Positions 9,548 to 18,627 of a stretch of DNA of 64,000 nt are shown here, in pieces. Source of the stretch: Vulcanimicrobiota bacterium (GTDB lineage: Bacteria > Vulcanimicrobiota > Vulcanimicrobiia > Vulcanimicrobiales > Vulcanimicrobiaceae). The notes beneath the pieces are model-generated. The model worked only from the letters and a program-made list of their open reading frames with translations, ran no database searches and was not told the origin of the DNA. Location of the stretch: assembly GCA_963733295.1 (NCBI GenBank), contig CAVTCS010000003.1:1824001-1888000 (forward strand), in the 5' to 3' direction. The position numbers and the translations under genes were made by a program. Position 1 is the stretch's first letter, and each line of letters begins with the position of its first letter.

Positions 9548-10333
9548 ATGGCTCTTTTAGAAGGTTCGGGCGACGGCAGTTCCGTCGACGCCGGCACGAC
9601 TGATCCCGGTCCGAGCGACGGTGGCGCCGTCGCCGGAACGACGACCACAACGGTAGCGACCGACGGATCGAGCGACGCGGGTTCGAGCGACACGAGTTCG
9701 AGCGACGCGTCGACCACCACGCCGAGCGATGCGGGTTCCACCGACGCGTCGACCGCCACGACAAGCGACGCGGGTACGCCGGCGGCGCCCCCGATCGACT
9801 ATTCGGTCATGGTCGCGATTCCAACCGGCATCAACGACGGGCTCAGCTCGGCAGATCAGGCCACGATGCTGAACGCGCTGGGAAATCCGGGAACGCCGGA
9901 TCCTGGCTGCGGGCCGTCCTCCGCGGCACTGCAAAAACTCATGAAGACCGCGAGCGTTGGGCCGTTCCGCGTCACCGGGCTCGGCCCCGCAGTCGACGCG
10001 CTCACCCGCGTCTTCGCTGCCGTGCAGAGCGCCGAACCCGCGCTCTACAACCTGCTCGGAACGCAAGGTATGCTGTGCGTGCGCTACGTGCGCGGCTCGA
10101 CGACGAACTTCTCGAATCACTCGTGGGGAACCGCGATCGATCTCACGATCGGCGGCGTGCTCACACCGCGCGGCTCGACGACCGTCTCGCAAGGGCTGCT
10201 CAGCCTGTGTCCGTACATGCACGCCGAGCAGTTCTTCTGGGGCGCGGGCTTTAGTCCGACGCCCGACGGCATGCACTACGAAGCGTCGAACGAGCTCATC
10301 ACGCAGTGGAAAGCGAACGGGAGCATTCCATGA
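9548..10333 (+). CDS. M15-family peptidoglycan peptidase with acidic Ser/Thr/Asp-rich N-terminal tail
   Basis: R...SNHSWGTAIDL and DGMHYE Zn-binding motifs. Confidence 0.85.
   Translation: MALLEGSGDGSSVDAGTTDPGPSDGGAVAGTTTTTVATDGSSDAGSSDTSSSDASTTTPSDAGSTDASTATTSDAGTPAAPPIDYSVMVAIPTGINDGLSSADQATMLNALGNPGTPDPGCGPSSAALQKLMKTASVGPFRVTGLGPAVDALTRVFAAVQSAEPALYNLLGTQGMLCVRYVRGSTTNFSNHSWGTAIDLTIGGVLTPRGSTTVSQGLLSLCPYMHAEQFFWGAGFSPTPDGMHYEASNELITQWKANGSIP
9668..9712 (+). repeat. 3 x 15-bp tandem repeat TCGAGCGACRCGNNN (SSDxx)
   Basis: Direct inspection of the sequence. Confidence 0.7.
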
Positions 10334-11484
10334 GCGCGGACGAAACCGTCGCGAGCGACGGCGGCGTAACAACCGACACTTCCCCGAGCGACACGTCGAT
10401 ACAAGACGCCGGCGCGGCGGACCCATCCGGCGCACCGGTTTCGAGTTCGAGCGACGCCGCGTCGAGCGACGCGACGTCGAGCGACACGAGCACGAGCGAC
10501 ACGACAACCGATGCGCCGAGCGGCACACCCTCCGCAACGGCGACGATCGGCGGCTGGAGCGACGCGGTTGCGGGCGGCTGGAACGGCGCCGAACGCGGCG
10601 TCGGCAACGTGCGCCGCATTCCGCTCCAAGGGCTCAAACAAGTCAATCAGGATCCCGCGCCCAATCCCGCGACGGCCGAATCGGCGGCCGGTCGCGCCAT
10701 CCTGATCGTCCCGGCCTCGCTCGATGCGTCGCAACCGGTCGACGTGCTCTTACATCTGCACGGGCACAACATCGGCTACCGGCAGCGCGTCGCATCCAAT
10801 CTGCCCGATGCGGCCAGCGTGCGCGACGTGCTCGTCGATCAGATCGAAGATCAACTCGACCGGTCGGGGCGCGCGATGATCGCCGTGCTGCCGCAAGGCA
10901 CGCTCGTCTCCGGCTTCGCACCGAGCGGCGCTCTGTTCGACTGCGACTCGTTTCTCGATGAGGTCCTGAGCGCAGCGGTCACGGCGGGCGTGTGGTCCGC
11001 GGCGCCGACGGTTGCGCGCGTCGTGCTTTCCGGGCACAGCGGCGGCGGCAACACGATCGGGCCGATGGCGGGCCAGTCCGGGCAGCCACGCCTCCCCTCG
11101 AAGATCGAGGCGATGTTTCTGTTCGAGGCGATCAACGGAACAAACGAGCTGGCGGGGATCACGACCTACGTCACCCAAAAGCTCAATGCCGATCTAGCGG
11201 CTTTGGGAAGCGCCTCCGATCAGCTTGACTACCTCAAATCGAGCTTCCGTTTCCGCGGTGTGTACAACACGCAGGACGACTTCTACGCAACCAACTACGC
11301 GACGCTGACGCAAACGATCGCGGCGTGGTTCGCCAAGAACGCGGCTGCGCTCGGCGGAAAAGGCTCGGATGCCTACAACGCGTTCGCAGCGAACTACGTC
11401 GTCGTCAACCCGAACCCGTTCGTCGTTCACGACGGCCTCTTGGGCTCCGGGAACTTGCTCCTCGCCTTAGGGACGCTGCCATGA
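10330..11484 (+). CDS. Alpha/beta hydrolase-fold protein with acidic Ser/Thr/Asp-rich N-terminal tail
   Basis: ATGA overlap with the previous gene. LLHLHGHN, GHSGGG nucleophile elbow and C-terminal His (VVHD). Confidence 0.8.
   Translation: MSADETVASDGGVTTDTSPSDTSIQDAGAADPSGAPVSSSSDAASSDATSSDTSTSDTTTDAPSGTPSATATIGGWSDAVAGGWNGAERGVGNVRRIPLQGLKQVNQDPAPNPATAESAAGRAILIVPASLDASQPVDVLLHLHGHNIGYRQRVASNLPDAASVRDVLVDQIEDQLDRSGRAMIAVLPQGTLVSGFAPSGALFDCDSFLDEVLSAAVTAGVWSAAPTVARVVLSGHSGGGNTIGPMAGQSGQPRLPSKIEAMFLFEAINGTNELAGITTYVTQKLNADLAALGSASDQLDYLKSSFRFRGVYNTQDDFYATNYATLTQTIAAWFAKNAAALGGKGSDAYNAFAANYVVVNPNPFVVHDGLLGSGNLLLALGTLP
10447..10506 (+). repeat. 4 x 15-bp tandem repeat (T/A)CGAGCGACRCNNNN (SSDxx)
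   Basis: Same unit as 9668-9712. Confidence 0.7.
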
Positions 11485-11831
11485 GCGTGCAATCGACCCA
11501 GACTAGTGTCGAGATCGAATGGGACGACAGCGTCGTCATCATCTTCTCCTTTGCCGGTGCTGACGGCAAGATCTATTGCGGTTTTCCGCACGTCGTGCCG
11601 GCGTGGCAGAATCAGACCGGAACTCAGACGCAAGTCTCGGCAACCGTGCAGAAAATTCAGCAATCCGCGATGCAGATCAGCGGCGACCCAGGGACATGGG
11701 TCGAGACGGTCAAGCAAGGCGCCAGAAACGGAAAGATCACCGTCGTCTACGACGATTCGACCAACACGAACTACACGACGCAGACCGGGCAGCCATACCA
11801 GCTGCAGATCTTGTACAGTCTCACCGGTTGA
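11481..11831 (+). CDS. Small hypothetical Thr/Gln-rich protein (116 aa)
   Basis: ATGA overlap with the upstream stop. Composition resembles the rest of the operon. Confidence 0.75.
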   Translation: MSVQSTQTSVEIEWDDSVVIIFSFAGADGKIYCGFPHVVPAWQNQTGTQTQVSATVQKIQQSAMQISGDPGTWVETVKQGARNGKITVVYDDSTNTNYTTQTGQPYQLQILYSLTG

Positions 11832-11866
11832 CCCCCACGGGCCGGCCCGTTTCGACGCGCCGCTAA

Positions 11867-13168
11867 CTAAAGCGAATGGGGCGCAGCCCCGAGGTGCGGG
11901 CGCGTGCCCGCGGCGGGAAGACCGGCGCGATGGCTTGGGATGAGGTTGATCCCTACGAGCGTCGTGCCGTTGGGCACGAGCAGGACGCCGCTATTGCTGA
12001 ACGCCATGCCAAGGAGTGACACTCCGCCCCCGCCCGCCGCGGGATTGAAACCTAAGGGCAGTGCACCGTCAAACTTTCCCGTGTTGAGGTCATACGCATA
12101 GAGTGCGCCTGAGTAGCCGAGGATGTAGATGGTATTTCCAACGATCAACGGTTGGTACTGGGCAGTGTCTTGAATGGACAACGTGGTGTACGTCGGAAGT
12201 TTCGCTTTCCAAATCGGCAAGAAGTGCTGCAAGTCGAAACAAACGATCGCGTATCCGAAGTAGTCTATGCGCACGCCGCGATTAGCTTGGAATGCGGGTG
12301 CCGTCGAAACGAGCTCTGGCTCGCTGAACGTGCCGAAGCGCGCGTTGAGTATTGCGAGATTTCCATCATCGACATCACTATCGGTCGCGAACAACCAACC
12401 GCCGTACACGATCGGCGTGTCGTTGCCTCCTCCCGTGTCGTTTCCGGTCCCGTAGTACCAGAGCGGCTGCCCGGTTGCGGCAAGAAAGGCATACGTTTGC
12501 GGACCGGCTCCCGTGACCCACACGACGCCGCCGCCGACCGCCGGCGTCGACTCGCCACCGATGAGCCGCGCCACCGAGTCCCACACCCTCTTGCCGGTCG
12601 TTTGGCTGTAGGCGGTTAGGTGATAGCCGGACATCAGGTACACCAAACCGTACGCTGCCACCGGTCCACCGCCGTAGGGCGAGGCATTTATCGCGGCGCC
12701 CCGCCACAGCATCGCGCCGGTCTGCGCATTAAAGGCGTAGAGCACGGGGTCACCGGCTGCGTTCGCATTCGAGAGGTTGGCGAACACCCTGCCGTTGTCG
12801 TACGCGAGTCCGGTCCACGAGTGTCCGGTCCCCTGTTGCCAGAGAATCGCGCCCGTCGAAACGTTCAGCGCGATGATCGAAAAATTCGCAATGACGAACG
12901 CTTCGTTCTGGACGACGATCGGCGCGGTTTGCAGCAGGGTGAATTGGTCTTGCCAGCTCCATGACGGCAAATTGCCACCGTCCCATGCGATGCCGCCGGA
13001 GTGCATCGTGTCGACCTGAAACGAGGGCGGCATTGAGGGGGGTGGGGGCAGCTGGCGGCTAAAAACGGGCCCCCCCTGAACCTGCGCGGCAGCGGGCGCG
13101 TGCGGAAAAGCGGCAATCGAAAGCAGGAGAAAAAGCCCAATAGGCGCGCGCAGAAAAGCCTTGCCCAC
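11867..13168 (-). CDS. Secreted PQQ-like (BamB-type) beta-propeller repeat protein
   Basis: GTG start with GGAG RBS, signal peptide ending AAA-Q, repeated A(L/F)nxxTGxxxW blades. Confidence 0.85.
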   Translation of the reverse strand: MGKAFLRAPIGLFLLLSIAAFPHAPAAAQVQGGPVFSRQLPPPPSMPPSFQVDTMHSGGIAWDGGNLPSWSWQDQFTLLQTAPIVVQNEAFVIANFSIIALNVSTGAILWQQGTGHSWTGLAYDNGRVFANLSNANAAGDPVLYAFNAQTGAMLWRGAAINASPYGGGPVAAYGLVYLMSGYHLTAYSQTTGKRVWDSVARLIGGESTPAVGGGVVWVTGAGPQTYAFLAATGQPLWYYGTGNDTGGGNDTPIVYGGWLFATDSDVDDGNLAILNARFGTFSEPELVSTAPAFQANRGVRIDYFGYAIVCFDLQHFLPIWKAKLPTYTTLSIQDTAQYQPLIVGNTIYILGYSGALYAYDLNTGKFDGALPLGFNPAAGGGGVSLLGMAFSNSGVLLVPNGTTLVGINLIPSHRAGLPAAGTRPHLGAAPHSL

Positions 13169-13211
13169 GGCTCCATTGTAGCACGCGCGAGCGCGCCCTA
13201 AGACTCGGGAC

Positions 13212-13880
13212 TTAGCGCTGTCCGGCCGCCGCGGGTGAGGCTGCCGGTGTCGGGAGCGTGACGTTCGGGTTCTGCGGCATGTCGACCGATGAGCCGGGCT
13301 GTGACGTATTTGACGGACTCGCCGCGATCGGTGCCGGCGTCGCGTTCTTGGCGGCGAGGATCTCTCTGTGCAGTTGCCGAGCCTGCGGTGAAGTTCCGTA
13401 CGAGCTGAAGAGCCAGGTCGAGGTCGCGTAGGCTTTCTGCGTGCCCTGCGGCGACTGAATCTTCGCGTAGAGATGCTCGAGGAAGTAGATGTTGCGCGGG
13501 AGCTGCGGGTCGAGCGGGTACCTCTTCTGCCAATCCCTGATCGCTTTTTCGGCGAACGCGACCGAGCTGATCGTCGCATCGCCCTTGCTCGGATCGTTGT
13601 CGTACTTGAGTCCGAGGTCGCGGATCGTGTTGCGAATGCCAAGAATGCTGAGCTTCATCGGGCCGAAGTACTCGTCGGCCGGCGCGTAGTCGCTCAGCTT
13701 GAGTTTATGCACCTGCGGCTTTGAGTTCGCCTTGGTCGTCGATTTCGACGCGGGCTTGGCGGCCGCGGCATCGGCCGGCAGGGCCGCGAACCCACCCGGC
13801 GCGCCGGCGCGCTGCAGCGGCGCGCCCGCGAAAAAGGAAGCTGCAGTGAACACAAAAACAAGCCCAAAGACTCGCTTCAC
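13212..13880 (-). CDS. Secreted hypothetical protein (PADEYFG motif, helical/TPR-like)
   Basis: GTG start with GAGG RBS, signal peptide, Pro/Ala-rich tail. Confidence 0.75.
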   Translation of the reverse strand: MKRVFGLVFVFTAASFFAGAPLQRAGAPGGFAALPADAAAAKPASKSTTKANSKPQVHKLKLSDYAPADEYFGPMKLSILGIRNTIRDLGLKYDNDPSKGDATISSVAFAEKAIRDWQKRYPLDPQLPRNIYFLEHLYAKIQSPQGTQKAYATSTWLFSSYGTSPQARQLHREILAAKNATPAPIAASPSNTSQPGSSVDMPQNPNVTLPTPAASPAAAGQR

Positions 13881-13935
13881 GTTGTTATAACCCTCATAGC
13901 AAGTAGTACGCGGGTATCGTTGGAGACTAATTTCC

Positions 13936-15271
13936 GTGGCTGAGCGAAGAATACCCGTTGCCTGCGTGCAGACGCAAGCGGTTGGCCGCACAGGATTCCA
14001 AGAGGCTTGGCCCGGTTTTCTTGCACTCGTTGATTCCGCAGGAGCGAGCGGTGCGAGACTGATCGTCCTTCCCGAAGGGACGGTCCCTAGTTACGTGGTC
14101 GGCACCAGCTCCCGTGCCGGAGGAGTTGACCCGGCGCACAGAATCCGACCTCGCCGCGCTCGCGCAACGTCACGGCGCAACCATCGTCTACGGCACGGCG
14201 CGCACGCACGAAGGGCGCCAATTCAACGCCGCGAGCGTGATCGGCCCGGACGGCCGCGACCTGGGGTTCGCCGCCAAGCAGTTCCTCTGGCACTTCGACC
14301 GCAAGTGGTTCGAAGCGGGCGGGACGCTCGACCCGATCGATACGCCGGTCGGGCGTCTCGGCGTGCTGGTCTGCGCCGACAACCGCATCCCGACGATTCC
14401 GAACACGCTGGTGGAGCGCGGTGCCGAGCTGCTCGTGATGCCGACCGCGTGGGTCACGACCGGTCGCGATCCGGGCAACCTCGAGAACGCGCAAGCCGAC
14501 CTGATGATCAACGTGCGCGCTCACGAGAACGGCGTGCCGTTCATCGCGAGCAACAAGGCCGGCGTCGAGGAAGAGAGCGTCGCGTTCTGCGGCAAGAGCG
14601 CGATCGTGGCGGCCGACGGTCACTTCATCGCGCAAGCCGGCGAACGCGAAGTGACGGTGCTACGCGGTGAGGTTAAAGTGGGGGCGCGTCCGGAGCGTTC
14701 GTTCGCGACGCTCGACCCAGTCTTCGATAAGAATTTCAAGCCCGCCGAAAAAGTGCGCATCGCGTTCACGCTCGAGACCGATCCGGCAAAGCTCGAGCAG
14801 TACCGGCGCCTCGCCGAACTCGAAGACGCGAGCATCGTCATCGCGCCCGACGACGGTCCCGCCCGGATCGTCGAACGCGACGGCGTGCGTTACGGCGTCG
14901 CGGGCACGGGCCGGTTTTGCAATCCGCGCGGCCTCATCGAGGCGCGGCTCGCGGGCGTCGACCTGTTCGTGTGGGATTTCCACGGCAAGGCGGAGTGGCG
15001 CGTTTCGTACGGCCGCACGCGAGCGATGGAGCTGCGCGCGTACGTGATCGCGTTCGACCGGGATCGCAACCGCGCCGCCGCGATCGATCCCGACGGCGTC
15101 GTGCTCGCCGGGACCTACGACGATCTCAAACTGGCCGCGTTCGCCTACGATCGCAGCCGCAGCGCAAACGGCATCGTGGCGCCGTTCACCGACGTCTTCG
15201 CCGGCCTGCGCACCGCGGAAGCGATCCGGGCGCGCGGCGTGGAGCAGCCGCTGGTCGCACCGCGTGGCTGA
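13936..15271 (+). pseudogene. Carbon-nitrogen hydrolase (nitrilase family), split by an extra base near 14107
   Basis: Frame 1 has VACVQ...LIVLPEG. Frame 2 has AKQFLW and GVLVCADNR, completing the E-K-C triad. May be a sequencing error. Confidence 0.75.
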
Positions 15272-16730
15272 ACGCGACCTACGGTTCGAAGCGGCCGCGC
15301 AGCGCGCGCTCGATACCGCTGCGGCGCACGGCGCGAGCTACGCCGACGTGCGCTTCGAGGAAGATTCGAGCGAGCGGATCGAGGTTCGCAACGGCGCGGT
15401 CGCGACGCTCGAGGACGGCACGAGCACCGGCTACGGGATGCGCGCCTTCTACGAGGGTTCGTGGGGTTTCGCGGCTTCAGCCGATACGAGCGACCATGGT
15501 CTCGACGCGACCGCCGCGCGCGCCGTCGAGATCGCGAAGGCCGGGGCGACGGTCGCGACGCGCCGCTTCGGCGAAGCACCCACGGACCACTACGTCGACC
15601 GCTTCGCGACGCCGCTCGAGCGCGACCCCGCGGACGTCCCGCTCGGCGAGCGCGTCGCGCTGCTGCTCGAAGCCGAAAAAGACGTGCACGTCGGTCCGCT
15701 GGTCGCGGTCGGGCGCGCCTGGATCGATCTCTGGCACACCGAGAAAGAGTTCTATAGTTCGACCGGCTCCAAGATCGCGCAGTCGCTCTATCAGACCGGC
15801 AGCGGACTTTCGGCGCTGGCGGTGGGCGAAGGCGACGCGCAGGACCGCACCTATCCCGGCGACGTCGGGCTCTACCAAAGCGGCGGCTGGGAGATCATCG
15901 ACGAGGCGAAGCTGCGTGAGAACGCGGCGCGCATCGGCGAGGAAGCCGTCGCGCTCCTGACCGCGCCGCAGTGTCCGTCGGGAACGATGGACATCGTGCT
16001 GGGCGGCTCGCAAGTCTCGCTGCAGATCCACGAGTCGTGCGGCCACCCGGCCGAACTCGACCGCGTCATGGGCTGGGAAGCGAACTTCTCAGGCACGAGC
16101 TTCCTCGATCCGTCGGAACTCGGCAAACTGAAGTACGGCTCGGACGCCGTCACGATCGTCATCGACAACACGCTCCCGCGCGGCCTCGCCACGGTGGGCT
16201 ACGACGACGAGGGCACGAAAAGCGTGCAGTCCGACATCATCCGCAACGGCATCTTGGCAGGCTTCGAGATGTCGCGCGACACCGCGCGCACGATCGGCCG
16301 CGCGAGCAACGCCTGCGTTCGCTCCGAGAACTGGCGCGGGATCCCGATGATCCGGATGTGCAACCTCAACCTCTTGCCGGGCAACGTCCCGTTCGAAGCG
16401 CTGTTCGAGGGAATCAAACACGGGATTTATATGGAATCGAACCGCTCGTGGTCGATCGACGACCACCGCCTCAACTTCCAGTTCGGCTGCGAGATCGGCT
16501 GGGAGATCGTCGACGGCAAGCGCGGCCGGATGCTCAAGAACCCGACCTACGCCGGCGTGACCCCGCAATTCTGGAACTCCTGCGACGCGATCGCCGACAA
16601 GAACTCGTGGAGGGCGTGGGGGACACCAAACTGCGGCAAGGGCGAGCCCATGCAAGCCGGACGCACCGCGCAGTGCGCCGCACCCGCGCGCTTCCGTGAC
16701 GTACAGGTAGGAATCGGCTATAGTGGATAG
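15264..16730 (+). CDS. tldD: TldD family metalloprotease
   Basis: IHESCGHPAELD (HExxxH), YDDEG and CGKGEP motifs. Confidence 0.9.
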   Translation: MAERDLRFEAAAQRALDTAAAHGASYADVRFEEDSSERIEVRNGAVATLEDGTSTGYGMRAFYEGSWGFAASADTSDHGLDATAARAVEIAKAGATVATRRFGEAPTDHYVDRFATPLERDPADVPLGERVALLLEAEKDVHVGPLVAVGRAWIDLWHTEKEFYSSTGSKIAQSLYQTGSGLSALAVGEGDAQDRTYPGDVGLYQSGGWEIIDEAKLRENAARIGEEAVALLTAPQCPSGTMDIVLGGSQVSLQIHESCGHPAELDRVMGWEANFSGTSFLDPSELGKLKYGSDAVTIVIDNTLPRGLATVGYDDEGTKSVQSDIIRNGILAGFEMSRDTARTIGRASNACVRSENWRGIPMIRMCNLNLLPGNVPFEALFEGIKHGIYMESNRSWSIDDHRLNFQFGCEIGWEIVDGKRGRMLKNPTYAGVTPQFWNSCDAIADKNSWRAWGTPNCGKGEPMQAGRTAQCAAPARFRDVQVGIGYSG

Positions 16731-18057
16731 CGCCGCGCGGCAAGCCCTTGCCGAGCGCGTTCTCGGATTTTCGAACGCCGACGAGACCGAAGTCTCGGTC
16801 AATTTCGACGACACGCGTCTAACGCGCTTCACGCGGAATGCGATCCATCAAAACATCGCCACGCAGGACGTAACGGTGCGAATCAGGGCGATCGTCGGCG
16901 GCCGTACCGGTGTCATCGAAACCAACGATCTTCGGGAGTCGTCGCTGAAGGTCGCGGTAGAGAAAGCGACCGCGATCGCGCGCCTCGCGCCGCCGGATCC
17001 GGACTTTCCGGGACTGGTGAAAGCCGATTCCGTCGCCGCGCCGCCGCCTCACGCGTTCGACGAGCGGACAGCGAACGCGTCAGCCGAGCGCCGCGCCAGC
17101 ATCGCAGCCGAAGTGTTTGCGACAGCGGAGCGACATGATTTTTGGGCTGCGGGCTACGTCACGACGTCGCACAGCGGCATAACGATCCTCAACTCACGCG
17201 GAACGGACGCATCGTTCGACGGAACCAATGCCGGCATCAACGTCAAGCAAGTTGCGCCAGATTCGACCGGTTTTGCAGAAATGCACTCGACGAGCATCGC
17301 CTCAATCGACGGGACAACCGTTGGGACGGTCGCGGCCGACAAGGCACTCCTTTCGCGCCATCCTAAAGCCGTCGAACCCGGCTCCTGGACGGTGATCCTC
17401 GAGCCGCCGGCATTCGGAGAATTGCTCTCGTACTTACTCCACCACTTCTCAGCTGAGACGTACGACGAGGGCTCTTCCTTTCTAAGCCCTGGTCTCGATA
17501 AGCCATATGTCGGGGACGGCGTCACGATTAGCGACGACTACGCACACCCGCTATCGCCCGGTATGCCGTTCGACTTCGAAGGCCAGCCAACGCGACGGTT
17601 AGCGCTGCTCGAGCGCGGCGTCGCCAAGAACATCGTCACCGACGCATATTGGGCGGCGAAGCTCAGACGTCCGAACACCGGCCACGGGTTACCCGCGCCG
17701 AACTCGTGGGGGCCACAAGCTAGCCACGTGGTTGTTGCAGCTGGTTCTAAATCAAAGGCTCAGCTGATTTCCGAAACCGAGCGCGGGCTGCTGATCAGCC
17801 GCTTCTGGTACATTCGCCCAGTCGACGACCGGCTAACGATCATGACCGGCATGACGCGTGACGGTACGTTTCTGATCGAGGGCGGAAAGATAACCGGCGG
17901 CGTGCGGAACATGCGCTTCAACGAGAGCATCCTCAACGCTCTATCGCGAGCCGAGTTTTCGTCTGAGCCCTTCCGCACGACCGGCTATAGCTATTCGATC
18001 ATCGCGCCGACGATTAGGATTCACGACTTTCAGTTCACAAGCTTAACAGAGTTTTAG
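16723..18057 (+). CDS. pmbA: TldE/PmbA family protein
   Basis: TRFTRNAIHQN, PFDFEG and TGMTRDG motifs, lacks HExxxH, overlaps tldD. Confidence 0.85.
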   Translation: MDSAARQALAERVLGFSNADETEVSVNFDDTRLTRFTRNAIHQNIATQDVTVRIRAIVGGRTGVIETNDLRESSLKVAVEKATAIARLAPPDPDFPGLVKADSVAAPPPHAFDERTANASAERRASIAAEVFATAERHDFWAAGYVTTSHSGITILNSRGTDASFDGTNAGINVKQVAPDSTGFAEMHSTSIASIDGTTVGTVAADKALLSRHPKAVEPGSWTVILEPPAFGELLSYLLHHFSAETYDEGSSFLSPGLDKPYVGDGVTISDDYAHPLSPGMPFDFEGQPTRRLALLERGVAKNIVTDAYWAAKLRRPNTGHGLPAPNSWGPQASHVVVAAGSKSKAQLISETERGLLISRFWYIRPVDDRLTIMTGMTRDGTFLIEGGKITGGVRNMRFNESILNALSRAEFSSEPFRTTGYSYSIIAPTIRIHDFQFTSLTEF

Positions 18058-18073
18058 AAATGGGAACCGGAAC

Positions 18074-18526
18074 TTAGATGCCGGCGGGTGCCCGAGACGC
18101 GTCCGCCAAGGTCAAGGCCTTATCGCTTCGACGCGCAAGTTCGGTGAATCTTGGATTCCGTTCGACGTTGAACGAGAACTTATAGCCGAAACGTCGTAGC
18201 GTGTGCAAAAATGGTCCGCATTTTACGTCCTCCTCGATTTTCATCCGCAGGCGACGGATGTGAACATCTAATGTACGGTCACCTCCCTCGAAATCATATC
18301 CCCAAACTAGATCGAGAAGACGCTCGCGCGACATGGCTACACCAGCGTTCGAAGCGAGCGCGACCAACAGGGAAAACTCGCGCGGTTTGAGTTGAATCGC
18401 TTGACCTAACACGCGAACCTCTCTGGCTATTTCATCGATTTCGAGCGGTCCAAACTGCATAAGGAGTTGCGCGCTGTTTCGTTCAGGGCACGTCGGTAGT
18501 GACGGACGCATCAGGTATCGCTCCAT
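18074..18526 (-). CDS. Stand-alone OmpR-type winged-helix DNA-binding protein (no receiver domain)
   Basis: LKPREFSLL...SRERLLDLVWG...RTLDVHIRRLR...GYKF. Confidence 0.85.
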   Translation of the reverse strand: MERYLMRPSLPTCPERNSAQLLMQFGPLEIDEIAREVRVLGQAIQLKPREFSLLVALASNAGVAMSRERLLDLVWGYDFEGGDRTLDVHIRRLRMKIEEDVKCGPFLHTLRRFGYKFSFNVERNPRFTELARRSDKALTLADASRAPAGI

Positions 18527-18627
18527 TCTAGTCGCTTATTGAGTCGTTGACGACATGATCGATCGACGAATAAAATGATACATGAACTTAAAACGATTGT
18601 CTCTACCCACTTTTAGGTACGGAGACT

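Noticed and set aside
9668..10506. Repeats as a CRISPR array
   Set aside because: They are 15-bp in-frame tandem coding repeats without spacers, and no cas genes are present.
1..11831. Assignment as prophage, eCIS or T6SS
   Set aside because: I recognise no sheath, tube, baseplate, VgrG/PAAR, capsid, terminase or integrase motifs in the window.
11837..11850. Perfect palindrome ACGGGCCGGCCCGT after the SLT-A operon
   Set aside because: Short stem with a weak U tract. It could be a terminator but the support is insufficient.
13936..18057. nitrilase-tldD-pmbA as part of the novel system or a RiPP cluster
   Set aside because: No GGACG promoter motif or precursor peptide was seen. It looks like ordinary housekeeping context.
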